Origin: Gemmatimonas sp.
GTDB taxonomy: Bacteria; Gemmatimonadota; Gemmatimonadetes; Gemmatimonadales; Gemmatimonadaceae
Reading direction: 5' to 3'
Assembly (NCBI GenBank): GCA_031414535.1
Contig: JANNVQ010000034.1
Coordinates: 1-64,000, forward strand
Length of the DNA: 64,000 bases
Position numbers and translations under genes: made by a program. Positions 1 through 10,300 of this stretch are shown here, piece by piece (positions within the stretch are counted from its first letter, which is position 1; the number at the start of each line of letters is the position of its first letter). The notes under the pieces are model-generated. The model saw nothing but the letters and a program-made list of their open reading frames with translations. It had not been told where the DNA came from and searched no databases.

Positions 1-43
1 GGCCCGCTTCGCGGTTGCTCCGGGCGGACGCGCGTTGTGTCAT
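1..43 (-). CDS. 5' end of a gene running off the window (MTQRASARSNREAG...), product unknown
   Basis: ATG at 43-41 on the minus strand, preceded by TAGCTT plus 6 nt as at other leaderless starts here; open to the window edge. Confidence 0.5.
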   Translation of the reverse strand, partial: MTQRASARSNREAG

Positions 44-61
44 CCCGTGAAGCTAAAACAG

Positions 62-107
62 ACCACGGATGCCGGAAGCAGGGCGCTTCCGTCAGCCGTC
101 TTCCGTC
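62..107. repeat. Degenerate GACGGAW heptamer cluster forming an inverted pair
   Basis: ACGGATGCCGGAAGC...GCTTCCGTCAGCCGTCTTCCGTC; downstream of the sigma factor stop and next to hairpin TCGCCCG-ATCAC-CGGGCGA (117-135). Confidence 0.7.
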
Positions 108-153
108 CAGTCGTCATCGCCCGATCACCGGGCGAGCGATAACGGCTGCCTTC

Positions 154-1044
154 TTACGCCACGCCCCAAAAGCCAGCAAGCGACCGACCTTCCGGCGACG
201 TCCGCAGCTTATCAAACGCGCGCTCGCGAATCTGGCGGATACGCTCGCGCGTCACGCCCATCAGCGCGCCAATCTTCTCGAGGGTCATCGCCTCGGCCCC
301 TTCATCGAGGCCGTAGTACAGGTTCAGAATCTTGCGCTCGCGCGGTGTCAGATACTCGCGGAACACCTTGTTGATGCACTCGCGCATCAGCTTGAAGTCG
401 GTGTTGTCTTCAATCTCAATATGATCGGCGCCAGCAAAGCGCTCGCCGAGCGTAGATGCCTCGCGGTCCGAACGATCCACTGGTGCGTCGAGCGACACCT
501 CGGTGGACGACATGCTCTTTGCGGAGCGCACCTGCTCCGGAGTCTCATCGAGGAGACGGCCAATCTCTTGATCCGTGGGATCGCGCTTCAATACCTGCGC
601 CAGCACCGTCTCAGCGCGCGACAGGCGAATGAGCGCGGAGTTCTGATTCAGCGGGATGCGCACCGAGCGGGTTTGCTCGGCCAGTGCCTTCAATACGGCT
701 TGGCGCACCCACCACACGGCGTACGAAATGAACTTCACGCCTTGGTCAGGGTCGAACTTGCGTACGGCCTTCAGCAAACCTTCGTTGCCGATGGCGACGA
801 GCTCGGAGAGATCGAGTCCGTGGCCCTGATACTTCTTCACATAGGAGATGACGAAGCGGAGATTCGCGGTGACGAGGCGCTCGGCGGCAGCTTCATCACC
901 CTTTTGGGCGAGTCTCGCGAGGCGACGCTCTTCTGCAACATCAGTGATGAGGGGGAGCTTCTGGATGTCCTGCAGATACTGGTCGAAGGCGGACGAAGCG
1001 GACGAACGGAAGTAGCCTTTTCGTGGCTCAGAAGCGTGCTGCAT
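154..1044 (-). CDS. RNA polymerase sigma-70 factor, RpoD/SigA-like short form (no region 1.1)
   Basis: ANLRFVISYVKKY, GNEGLLKAVRKFDP...KFISYAVWWVRQA, region 4 TLEKIG...VTRERIRQI; ATG 1044 preferred over the ORF-track start at 1113. Confidence 0.92.
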   Translation of the reverse strand: MQHASEPRKGYFRSSASSAFDQYLQDIQKLPLITDVAEERRLARLAQKGDEAAAERLVTANLRFVISYVKKYQGHGLDLSELVAIGNEGLLKAVRKFDPDQGVKFISYAVWWVRQAVLKALAEQTRSVRIPLNQNSALIRLSRAETVLAQVLKRDPTDQEIGRLLDETPEQVRSAKSMSSTEVSLDAPVDRSDREASTLGERFAGADHIEIEDNTDFKLMRECINKVFREYLTPRERKILNLYYGLDEGAEAMTLEKIGALMGVTRERIRQIRERAFDKLRTSPEGRSLAGFWGVA

Positions 1045-1176
1045 ACCCACCCCAAACCTGCGTGTGAAGGAATTGGTGCCTTGGGGGCACCACCAATGAC
1101 ACAGACGGGACACCCGACGCGCGTTTGCAACGCACGGAACGAAAGGCTAGGGATGGGGATGCAAAACGGTCAACAC

Positions 1177-1191
1177 CCAAAAAACGTGCCA
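1177..1191 (-). promoter_or_regulatory. Candidate sigma-54 (-24/-12) promoter upstream of the sigma-70 gene
   Basis: Minus strand TGGCACG-TTTT-TTGG versus consensus TGGCACG-N4-TTGC; one mismatch at -12. Confidence 0.35.
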
Positions 1192-1219
1192 GCGGGTGAA
1201 TTTAGCGCCACAATCGCGC

Positions 1220-1244
1220 CATCTCGTTGCTAGGCAACGAGATG
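1220..1244. terminator. Perfect 11-bp inverted repeat downstream of aroB
   Basis: CATCTCGTTGC-TAG-GCAACGAGATG; no clear U-tract. Confidence 0.5.
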
Positions 1245-1251
1245 CGACGGC

Positions 1252-2373
1252 TCACAAATGTTGAAGCGTCTGGAGCACTTCGGCTTCTGGGACGGCGATT
1301 CCGTAGCCGTCTGCGGCGGCTGCCATCACGCCAATTGCGGAGGGGAGGGCGTATTCCACCACTCCGGCGCGCGTTTTCTTGTCAGTGCGCGTCGCAATGA
1401 CAATCTCCGCAGGATCCGCATTCTCGGGCAGTCGCACCGGAAGCCCCGCCGCATCGCACACAGTCGCGATGGTGTCGGCGAGACCTGGTGCGGCGATGCC
1501 GAGTCGTTCGGCGAGCGAGGCTTCCGCCACCATGCCGATTGCGACGGCATTTCCGTGCGGAACGCCGTAGCCAGTCACTTGCTCGACGGCGTGGCCAATC
1601 GTGTGCCCAAAGTTGAGAATCTTCCGTATGCCGCTCTCGCGCTCGTCCTGCGCCACGACGCCAACCTTGATCTCCACGGAGCGCTGCACGAGTCGCATCG
1701 CCGTCGCATCGTCAGTTTCGGCGGCGTCGAGAATTTCGCGCAGTGACGAGGCAATCCACGAGAAGTAGGCAGCGTCGGCAATGGCGCCGTGCTTGATGGC
1801 CTCGGCCAATCCCTGACGCAGATGCTGCGAGGGCAGGGTACGCAGCATCTGCGGATCGATGAGCACCAGCGACGGCTGATGAAATGCCCCGACGAGGTTC
1901 TTCCCGGCGACGGTGTCCACGCCGGTCTTCCCACCGATACTCGCGTCAATCATGGCGAGGAGAGACGTGGGCACTTGTACGAAGGGCACGCCGCGCAGAT
2001 ACGTCGCCGCTACGAAGCCCACGAGGTCGCCTGTCACACCGCCGCCGAGCGCGACGAGCACGGAGTCGCGGCGATGTCCAGCGGCAATCAACTGGTCGGT
2101 AAGAGTGCCCCAGGTGGCGCGCGTCTTGTGTTGCTCGCCCGGAGGGAAACTGAAGATGCCTGGCGCCACCGTGCCACCCACGGTGGCACCGAGCGCTATG
2201 CCGGAGGAGAGCACCGCCGCGAGCGCCTTCGAGGCGTAATGCTGGCCGACGGTTTGGTCCGCAATGATGGCGATACGCTTGCCCGGATGCAGCGCGGCAA
2301 TCCGCTCGCCGAGGGTGGCGATTGCCCCGGGAGCAATTTCGATGCTCGAGCCGTGAAGCGCGAGCGTGCTCAC
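1252..2373 (-). CDS. aroB: 3-dehydroquinate synthase
   Basis: GGGVTGDLVGFVAATYLRG, PTSLLAMIDASIGGKTG, LNFGHTIGHA. Confidence 0.96.
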   Translation of the reverse strand: MSTLALHGSSIEIAPGAIATLGERIAALHPGKRIAIIADQTVGQHYASKALAAVLSSGIALGATVGGTVAPGIFSFPPGEQHKTRATWGTLTDQLIAAGHRRDSVLVALGGGVTGDLVGFVAATYLRGVPFVQVPTSLLAMIDASIGGKTGVDTVAGKNLVGAFHQPSLVLIDPQMLRTLPSQHLRQGLAEAIKHGAIADAAYFSWIASSLREILDAAETDDATAMRLVQRSVEIKVGVVAQDERESGIRKILNFGHTIGHAVEQVTGYGVPHGNAVAIGMVAEASLAERLGIAAPGLADTIATVCDAAGLPVRLPENADPAEIVIATRTDKKTRAGVVEYALPSAIGVMAAAADGYGIAVPEAEVLQTLQHL

Positions 2374-2407
2374 TTGGCTCGTGCTACCAACTGCGTGACC
2401 CCGTGTG

Positions 2408-2959
2408 CTACCACGTGACTTCGCCGGCTCCGGCGCGCTTATTCGCCACGCGGGCGAGCACGAAGAGCAGGTCGCTTAGGCGATTCAGATACACAATCAC
2501 GATCTGTGGCACGTCCGTGTCGCGCTGCAGTGTGATGACTGCGCGCTCGGCGCGCCGGCAGACGGTACGGGCCACGTGCAGCGAGGCAGCCTTAGGCGTG
2601 CCGCCAGGCATGATGAAGGCCCGGAGCGGCTCGAGTTCCTGCTCACCATCATCAATGGCCTGTTCGATCTGGGCGATGCGCGCGTCGGAGATACGCGCCT
2701 TCTCCAACTGCTCCTTCATCTTCTCGAGGTCGGGCGTCGCGAGCATCGCGCCGAGGGCAAAGAGGTCGCGCTGTATGGGAGCCAGCACTTCATCAATACG
2801 CGGCATCATCTCCACGGAACGCGCCATGCCGATTACCGCATTGAGCTCGTCTACTTCGCCATAGGCGGCCACGCGCGGGTGGTCCTTCGCGACGCGTCCT
2901 CCACCGAAGAGTCCCGTGTCGCCCTGGTCGCCGGTCTTGGTATAGATCTTTAAGGTCAT
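2408..2959 (-). CDS. ATP:cob(I)alamin adenosyltransferase, PduO/MMAB type
   Basis: KIYTKTGDQGDT, AYGEVDELN, ARTVCRRAER, YLNRLSDLLF. Confidence 0.93.
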   Translation of the reverse strand: MTLKIYTKTGDQGDTGLFGGGRVAKDHPRVAAYGEVDELNAVIGMARSVEMMPRIDEVLAPIQRDLFALGAMLATPDLEKMKEQLEKARISDARIAQIEQAIDDGEQELEPLRAFIMPGGTPKAASLHVARTVCRRAERAVITLQRDTDVPQIVIVYLNRLSDLLFVLARVANKRAGAGEVTW

Positions 2960-2968
2960 CCGCGAAAT

Positions 2969-3976
2969 CTAGCCGTGCTGAGGGCGGGTGTCGGGGATGT
3001 CCACGGCCGAAATCGCGCGCGTCGGGCGGGTCGGTGGCTGATAGCTCTCGGGAAACAGCGCGGCGAGATGCTGCTGCAGGCGCTCGGGACTGCCCGGCGT
3101 GCCCTGTGACATGTTCCAGCGGTCCAAGGACTGTCCGAGTTTTGCCGCCGTGGGACGCAACTGCGGTTCCTTAGAGATGGCGCCACCAATGATGCCGCGC
3201 ACGCTTGTGTCGACGAGCGGAAGCAAGGTCGTGATATCGGGCGTCGGCGAAATCACAACTTCTTCGATTGCCGCGAGCGTCTCGTTCTCGGTGAACAGTG
3301 TCTTGAGCGCGAAGAGTTCAAAGAGCACCACGCCCATCGAGAACACGTCGGCACTCTTCTCCACGCGCTTGCCGAGCAGTTGCTCAGGAGCCATGTAATG
3401 CTTTTTGCCGAGCAGGATGGAGCGACTCTCTGCCGGGTCGAACATGGTACGCGCCTTTGCGATGCCGAAGTCGGCCAGCTTCACGTGGCCGTCCCAGGTG
3501 AGCATCACGTTGCCCGGCGACACATCTCGATGCACGATCTCGAGCCGCTCGCCTTCTTCGTCCACGTAATGGTGGGCAAAGTCTAAGGCACGGCAGATAC
3601 GGCTGGCGCAATACGCGGCGATGTCCGGCGGCAGAGGCTCTTTTCGCTTGCGATGCGTGTTTATGAGCGTCCGCAGCGTGATGCCCTTGATGAATTCCAT
3701 CGCGATGAATGGACCGCTGTCGGAGTTCCCGAGGTAATAGATCTGCACGATGTTGCCGTGCACGAGGTTGGCAGAGAGCTTGGCTTCGTCAATGAAGAGC
3801 TGCAGCCACTCCGGGTGCTCGGCGAACTTGTCGTGGATGATCTTCACCGCCATGCGCTTGGAGAAGCCAGAGGCACCGAGCTGCTCGGCTTCGTACACCG
3901 TCGCCATACCGCCTCGGGCCACCTCGCGGAGGAGGCGGAAGCGGGTCTCAGAAACGAGGTCTTTTCCAAGGGACAT
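2969..3976 (-). CDS. Hanks-type Ser/Thr protein kinase, stand-alone catalytic domain
   Basis: RGGMATVY, AVK, HRDVSPGN, DFG, YMAPE, DVFSMG. Confidence 0.92.
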   Translation of the reverse strand: MSLGKDLVSETRFRLLREVARGGMATVYEAEQLGASGFSKRMAVKIIHDKFAEHPEWLQLFIDEAKLSANLVHGNIVQIYYLGNSDSGPFIAMEFIKGITLRTLINTHRKRKEPLPPDIAAYCASRICRALDFAHHYVDEEGERLEIVHRDVSPGNVMLTWDGHVKLADFGIAKARTMFDPAESRSILLGKKHYMAPEQLLGKRVEKSADVFSMGVVLFELFALKTLFTENETLAAIEEVVISPTPDITTLLPLVDTSVRGIIGGAISKEPQLRPTAAKLGQSLDRWNMSQGTPGSPERLQQHLAALFPESYQPPTRPTRAISAVDIPDTRPQHG

Positions 3977-3988
3977 GTAGGCACCAGG

Positions 3989-4009
3989 GACGGATGACGG
4001 AAGACGGAA
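3989..4009. repeat. Tandem heptamer x3 (GACGGAT GACGGAA GACGGAA)
   Basis: Read directly; 12 nt upstream of the kinase ATG; abuts TAAGCT (4014-4009, minus strand). Confidence 0.9.
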
Positions 4010-4071
4010 GCTTAAAGGTGTCGCAAAAGAGGGCGTTGTGAAGAGGGTCGTCTCGGGGCGATTTTATATAG

Positions 4072-5091
4072 ATGGCTACCCACAACATCCGAGACATCAC
4101 GATCATCGGCGCCGGCCCTGCTGGGCTGTTTGCGCTCTTCTATGCTGGCATGCGCGGCGCGACTGCGCAAATCGTTGACGCGCTTCCGCAGCCTGGCGGA
4201 CAGCTTTCGGCACTCTACCCAGAAAAGTTCATCTTCGACGTGGCGGGGCATCCCAAGGTGCTCGCCAAAGATCTCGTTAGCGGCCTGATGCAGCAGGCTG
4301 GGCAGTTCAATCAGCCGATTCATTGCGCGCAGAACGTCGTCGGGCTGGAGGAAGAGGACGGCCACTTTGTGCTCGTCACCGAAACGGATCGCTTTCCGAC
4401 ACGCGCGGTCATTATCGCCGCGGGCATCGGCGCGTTCTCGCCGCGGCGCCTGCCGCAGGCGTGCGCGGAGCCTTGGTACGGCAAGGGTATTGACGACGTC
4501 GTCATGGACCCCAAGAAGTATGCCGGTAAGCGCGTCGTCATCGTCGGCGGTGGTGACTCAGCGTTCGACTGGGCGCACCAGCTCGAGGGCATCGCGACGG
4601 ACATCACGCTGGTGCATCGCTCCGACCGCTTCCGGGCACACCAAGCCACGGTGGATGCGGTGATGGCATCGGCAGCGGTGGGCAAGACGGCCATCCACAC
4701 CTTCCACGAAATCGCCGATGTGCAGGGCACCGACGTTGGGCTCACGCACATCGAGCTGAAGGACATCAAGGCCAAGACCACCAAGCGCGTGGATTGCGAT
4801 GCCGTTCTGCCCATGCTGGGGTACGTCTCCGATATGGGAGCGCTGACGAGTTGGGGTCTACAGATCGAGAAGGATGAGATTGTCGTGAACTCGACGATGG
4901 AGACTGGCAGGGCCGGCATCTGGGCGTCCGGCGACGTCAATACCTATCCCGGCAAGCTCAAGCTCATTGCGCTGGGATTCGCCGAGTCTGCCATCGCGGT
5001 GAATCAGGCCTACCACTGGATTTACCCAGACAAGAAGGTGAACCCCGGGCATTCGTCCAACCTCGCCGTGTTCGGGCAGAAGGACGACTGA
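4072..5091 (+). CDS. Ferredoxin-NADP+ reductase (TrxR-like, YumC type)
   Basis: GAGPAG, GGQLSALYPEKFIFDVAG, GGGDSA, YPGKLKLI, PGHSS; no CxxC. Confidence 0.88.
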   Translation: MATHNIRDITIIGAGPAGLFALFYAGMRGATAQIVDALPQPGGQLSALYPEKFIFDVAGHPKVLAKDLVSGLMQQAGQFNQPIHCAQNVVGLEEEDGHFVLVTETDRFPTRAVIIAAGIGAFSPRRLPQACAEPWYGKGIDDVVMDPKKYAGKRVVIVGGGDSAFDWAHQLEGIATDITLVHRSDRFRAHQATVDAVMASAAVGKTAIHTFHEIADVQGTDVGLTHIELKDIKAKTTKRVDCDAVLPMLGYVSDMGALTSWGLQIEKDEIVVNSTMETGRAGIWASGDVNTYPGKLKLIALGFAESAIAVNQAYHWIYPDKKVNPGHSSNLAVFGQKDD

Positions 5092-5109
5092 TTTCGTGAT
5101 GCTTCACTC

Positions 5110-7362
5110 GTGACCCTGCAGCGCTCGCTGCTGCGGTGCTCCGCGCTGCTGGCAATGCTGTTGCCGGCGGCGCTCGCCGCGCAAGAAACGCGCTGCGATC
5201 GCGGGGACATTGAGGTCTCCGCGTTGAGCTTCGACGGCAACACGGCATTCACTGACGCCGAACTCGCCGCCGGTATTGTCACGACGCCCAACTCGCGCGC
5301 GCGCCGCCTCCTGCGCGTCGTCGGCGCGCGGCATTGCCTCGATCAAAAAGAACTGCCACTGGACGTTGCTCGTCTGCGCCTCTGGTATCGCAATCACGGC
5401 TTCAGCGATGTCACGGTGGATACCGTCATCGGCACGCTATCGCCGCGCCGGGTGGAAGTGCGCTTTCTCATCAGCGAGGGCCTGCCGACCATCGTGGATA
5501 CGCTCACGGTGAACGGTCTGGACGCCGTCCCGGAACGGACTGTCATTCTCGCTCGCTTGCCGGCTCGACGGGGCGGCTGGTTTGACCGCTATGCCAATGC
5601 CGCGTCGCGCGACAGTATCACGCGTCGCCTACGCGACAACGGCTACCCAGACGCCGAGACCTATCTCGGCTACGACCTGCGCCGCGACGAACGCTTGGCC
5701 ACCGTGGTGTTCACCGTCGTGCCGGGTCCGCGTCGCCGCATTGGGCAAGTGGAGTTGACGCAGCTTGGTCGCGAGGACGGTAGTGAGCCTCAGGTTCGCG
5801 AGCAGGCGGTGCGTAGGCTCACGGGTCTCAAGGAAGGCGACCTCTACCGGGAGCGCTTGCTCGAACGCGCCAAGCGCACGTTGTACCAGAGTGAGGCCTT
5901 CTCACAGGTGAGCGTCGAGCCGGGGGAGGAACTCGGCGATTCCCTCATCGCGGTTCGCGTCGAGGTGCGCGAAGGTTTTCAGCGTGCCGTGCGGCTCGGC
6001 GGTGGTTGGGGTACGCTCGATTGCTTCCGCACCACGGGCGATCTCTCCAACTACAACTTGTTCCGCACGGCGACCCGCCTCGATCTGCGCGCGCGCGTGT
6101 CGAAGATTGGGATTGGCGCTCCGCTTGGCGGCGCGGCCTCGCTCTGCCCGCAGGCGCAGGACGACATTTACAGTCGCGATCTCAACTACTACGCCGGCGC
6201 CACACTCTCGCGGCCTACGCCGCTGACGGCCGGCTTCATCCCAACGTTCTCGCTCTATTCCGAGCGGCGCTCCGAGTACAACGCCTACCTTCGCACCACG
6301 CCGGCCGGTGGCGCGGTGAACCTCACCAAGAACGTGAACCGGCGTTCCACCAGCATGGGCTACTCGGTGGAGTTTGGACGCACCGAGGCGCAGCCCGCGC
6401 TGTACTGCGCGGTGTTCAATGCCTGTGAAGCGGCAGACCGCGCGGCCCTGCAGCGGGATATCCGTCTCGCGGTGGTGAGTCTCTCGCAGTTGTACGACCG
6501 CACGGACGATGCGCTCGACCCCTCGCGTGGAAGCTTGAGCCGCATCGAGTACCGCTTCTCCGCGCCCTTCATCGGCTCCGAGCAGGACGTGGAATTCAAT
6601 CGTCTCACGCTCGACGGGTCCCGCTACTTCGCGTTCGGCGGCGATGTGGTCCTCGCGTTGCGCCTGCGGTTGGGTGTCGTGCTCGGCCGAAGCTTTTCGT
6701 TCAGAGGCGAGGCTGGCTTCGTGCCGCCGCAGGAGCGCCTCTTCGCCGGTGGCCCCCAGTCGGTGCGTGGATTTCGCCAGAACGAACTGGGCCCGTCGGT
6801 CTACATCCCCACGCGCTACGACACCCTCAACACAGCAGGCCTACCGGTCAGCGCAGTGGCGGTGGGCGACACCGTCTACCTCCGCGCTAATGCCGATGAG
6901 GTAAACGAGCGAGCGGTGCCAACGGGCGGCAACTCGATGGTCGTCGGAAACGCGGAATTGCGCATCACGAGCCCCTTCCTGCCGACGCTGCTCAAATGGG
7001 CACTCTTCATGGACGTCGGCGAGTTGTGGAATCGCGGCGCCGGCGTGCGAGGTTTGGAATTCAAGCAGATGAAGTGGACGCCGGGTCTGGGCCTCCGCGT
7101 GCGGACGCCAATCGGCTATCTCCGCGCCGACCTCGCGTACAACTCGTATCCGCTCAGCAGCGGTGCGGCCTACTTCGATGCACCGGTGTCGGCGGGCGGA
7201 TCACTCTATTGCGTGAGTCCCACCAACACCTTGCCGGCCACGCTGCAGGGTGGCGTGCTGACGCAGGCGCAAGGGAGTTGCCCGAGTTCCTACCAGCCTG
7301 GGCGGCGCAGCGGATTCTTCGGGCGCTGGACGCCATCCATCGCCATCGGACAGGCGTTCTGA
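5110..7362 (+). CDS. Omp85 family outer membrane protein (TamA/BamA-like)
   Basis: Signal peptide, POTRA-like segments, GGPQSVRGF lid motif, C-terminal IGQAF. Confidence 0.88.
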   Translation: MTLQRSLLRCSALLAMLLPAALAAQETRCDRGDIEVSALSFDGNTAFTDAELAAGIVTTPNSRARRLLRVVGARHCLDQKELPLDVARLRLWYRNHGFSDVTVDTVIGTLSPRRVEVRFLISEGLPTIVDTLTVNGLDAVPERTVILARLPARRGGWFDRYANAASRDSITRRLRDNGYPDAETYLGYDLRRDERLATVVFTVVPGPRRRIGQVELTQLGREDGSEPQVREQAVRRLTGLKEGDLYRERLLERAKRTLYQSEAFSQVSVEPGEELGDSLIAVRVEVREGFQRAVRLGGGWGTLDCFRTTGDLSNYNLFRTATRLDLRARVSKIGIGAPLGGAASLCPQAQDDIYSRDLNYYAGATLSRPTPLTAGFIPTFSLYSERRSEYNAYLRTTPAGGAVNLTKNVNRRSTSMGYSVEFGRTEAQPALYCAVFNACEAADRAALQRDIRLAVVSLSQLYDRTDDALDPSRGSLSRIEYRFSAPFIGSEQDVEFNRLTLDGSRYFAFGGDVVLALRLRLGVVLGRSFSFRGEAGFVPPQERLFAGGPQSVRGFRQNELGPSVYIPTRYDTLNTAGLPVSAVAVGDTVYLRANADEVNERAVPTGGNSMVVGNAELRITSPFLPTLLKWALFMDVGELWNRGAGVRGLEFKQMKWTPGLGLRVRTPIGYLRADLAYNSYPLSSGAAYFDAPVSAGGSLYCVSPTNTLPATLQGGVLTQAQGSCPSSYQPGRRSGFFGRWTPSIAIGQAF

Positions 7363-7363
7363 G

Positions 7364-10300
7364 ATGGCACTGAGTCGCCGCGCCCTCGTCGCGCTCGTGA
7401 GCGCTGGCCTGATGCTCGCCATCGCCGCCGCCGCCATCGGCGGACTCGTTGCCGCGACGCAGTCCGAGGAGGGACGCGAGTGGATTCGCCGCGTCACCGA
7501 GGCGCAACTGGAACGCACGTTCCGGGGGAAAGTCCATCTGGGCAAGCTCAGTGGCTCCTTCATCACGGATCTGAGCACGGACTCACTGCTCATCAGCGGA
7601 CTTAACGACTCCGTGTTCGTGGCCACCGGGCCTCTGCGCGTCACCTTCGACCCGCGCGATCTCGCCGACGGACGCATCATCCTGCGCTCGCTGGACGTCG
7701 AGCGGCCCTTCGTGGCGGTGCGCCGCGAGACGGATGGCGCGTGGATGCACGAAAAGATTTTCCCGCGCCGCGTGGGTCGGCGCGTGCTCCGGCGACGCAC
7801 CGCCTTTGGCGCCGTGTTCGTCATCGAGAATACGCGCCTGCGCCGCGGTGAGGTGGCCATGTTCCTGCCCATCGCCAACGACTCGGTGTCAGGTGAAGCG
7901 CGAACGCGCGCGTGGCGATGGACGAACCTCGATCTCGATGTACCACGGGCTCGCTTAGCGTATCCCGACAGCGTCGGCATTCAGGTGACCATCGCAAGGC
8001 TCGATGTAGACGAGAGCGCTCCGCCGTTCAAGTTCCGTAACGTGGCCGGTGATGTTCGGTTGTATCAGGACACACTGCGCGTGGACTTCAGCAACTTCTC
8101 GCTGCCCGGTTCGCAGGGACGCGCCGTCGGGCGAGTGACCTGGCAGCGGGGACAGGCGGCGCGGTTCGTGTTTCGTGTGGAGGCGGATTCTATGGCCCTC
8201 GCGGATGTGGCCTGGATCAATCCGGCCATCCCCACCGAGGGCGGCGGCAGAATGCGGCTCGACGTCCGGAACAACCCTCGTGATCTGCAACTGATGGAGT
8301 ACGTCATCACGCAGATGGACGTGCGGTCGCACGCGTCACGCTTGAGCGGCCAGATGACCTGGGGGGTGAAGGGCACGGACGTTGCTCTGCGCAACGTGGA
8401 TTTGGATCTCGCGCCGCTCAGCGTGGAACTCATCGAGCGATTCTCACAGGGCCCGCTGCCGATTCCCTTGCGTGGTCGCCTCGTCGGGCGCGTACGTGGA
8501 CGTGGTGGTCCGCTCTCTGCCTTTGTGGTGGACGACGCGACGGCCACCTTCTTCGACGGCAATGTGCCCGGCGCAACTGCGCAGTTCCGCGCCAACGGTA
8601 CCGTGGACATCACTGATCCCGCGTATCCAGTGTTCCTAGGCGTGAACATGAATGTCGCGAGCTTCGACATGCGCACGGCGCAAGCCCTGGAGCCTTCGTT
8701 GCCGAAGCTGAATGGCACGTTGAGTGGCACGGCTCGTTTGGACTCGGTGTGGGGCGACATGCGACTGAGCAACGTCGACATCACGCATCGCGACGGGGAC
8801 GGGCCAGCCTCGCGGATGCTCGGGCGCGGACGCGTGAGCTGGGATGCCGCCTCGCCCTTACGTTGGGATCTCGACGTTCAAGCGCTACCCATCTCGTTCA
8901 CCACGCTCGCGCTTTCGTTTCCCGAGTTGCCGCTGCGTGGCGAGTATGAGGGTCCGGTCCGCACGAGCGGCACTGCGGATGACCTGACGATTGTTACGAA
9001 TCTCGGCGGGCCCGCTGGTCGCTTTGACCTTGATATGCGTCTCGACAATGCCTTGCCCAATTACCGCATGGTCGGCGTTCTCAACCTCAAGTCGCTCGAC
9101 CCGCGCATCCTGTTGGACGATCTGCGTGTGCCCGAAGGTGAGCTCAGCGGCCGCGTAACGGCCGATGTCGGCTACGAGGAGCTCGCGGACCTCATTGGCA
9201 ATGTGGACATCGATCTCCAACGGTCCACGCTCAGCGGCATTCGCATCTTCGCCGGTAGCGCGAGACTGACGTTCGGTGCTGGGATGGCGCGACTCGACAC
9301 GCTCTCGCTCGAAACCTCTGCCGTGGACGTCGCTGCGACCGGCGCCCTTGGCCTCGCTGAGGGATTGTCAGACACCGTGAAGGTGCGCGTGCGCATGGAT
9401 TCACTGGGCGGCCTTCGCGCCCTGCTCAACCGTCCAGCCGGTGACTCCATCAGCGGCGCTGCACTTCTCGATGCACGGATCCACGGCTGGGTACGCAACT
9501 TCGCAGTGGACGCCACGGCCACCGCGACGGGCCTCCGCTTTGCGGGCAACACTGCGCAAGCTCTTTCGGCGCAGTCGCAGTTGAGCGGCTTCCCCGGCGC
9601 CCCGAGCGGGCAGCTATTCGTGAATGGGGATACGATTGTGGCCGGCGGCCTCGGCCTCGTATCGTTCAGCGGCAACGCGAGGCTGGCTGGTACGGATCCC
9701 GCGGGCATCCAAGTACGCGCCGCGGGCAACGCAGGCATTGTGCTTGGTCTCGGCGGCACGCTCGCCTTCAATGGCGATTCCACCAGCGTCCGCGCGGATT
9801 CACTGCGGCTGCAGACCAGTCTGCACGCGTGGCAATTGCAGGCACCAGCCTCGCTCTTCGTGGCAGCTGGTGGGTTCCGGCTCGACACCATCACGCTCGT
9901 GGCCGGTGATCGGTCGCGCATGCGGTTCGCTGGCGGGCTTCCTCAAGAAGGTACGATTGACTTCAGCCTGAGCGGACGCGACGTCCCGATGGCCGATGTC
10001 GCCGAGATCTTGCAGATGGATGATGTGGGCAGCGGCCGCTTTGACTTCAGCGGCCAGTTCAGCGGCACGCGTCAGGAGTCCACCTTTGAGGGCCAAGGCG
10101 AACTTCGTAACGGACTGCTCGCTGGTGTGCGTCTCGATACCCTGCGCACGCAGATCCGCGCCGTGAGCGATCGTGTGGACATGCGATTCGTTCTCGGTTC
10201 GGCTCAGCGCCCAAGCCTCACCGCGAATGCCGTGCTTCCGCTACGGCTTGATTTGGCTGGCACGGGTACCGGCCTCGTTGCCGAGGGTCCCTTGAGTGGT

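Noticed and set aside
985..1012. GGACGAAGCGGACGAACGGAAG as another heptamer copy
   Set aside because: 9-nt period explained by the coding sequence RSSASSA
37..1233. 398-aa plus-strand ORF
   Set aside because: Antisense shadow of the sigma factor; no motifs
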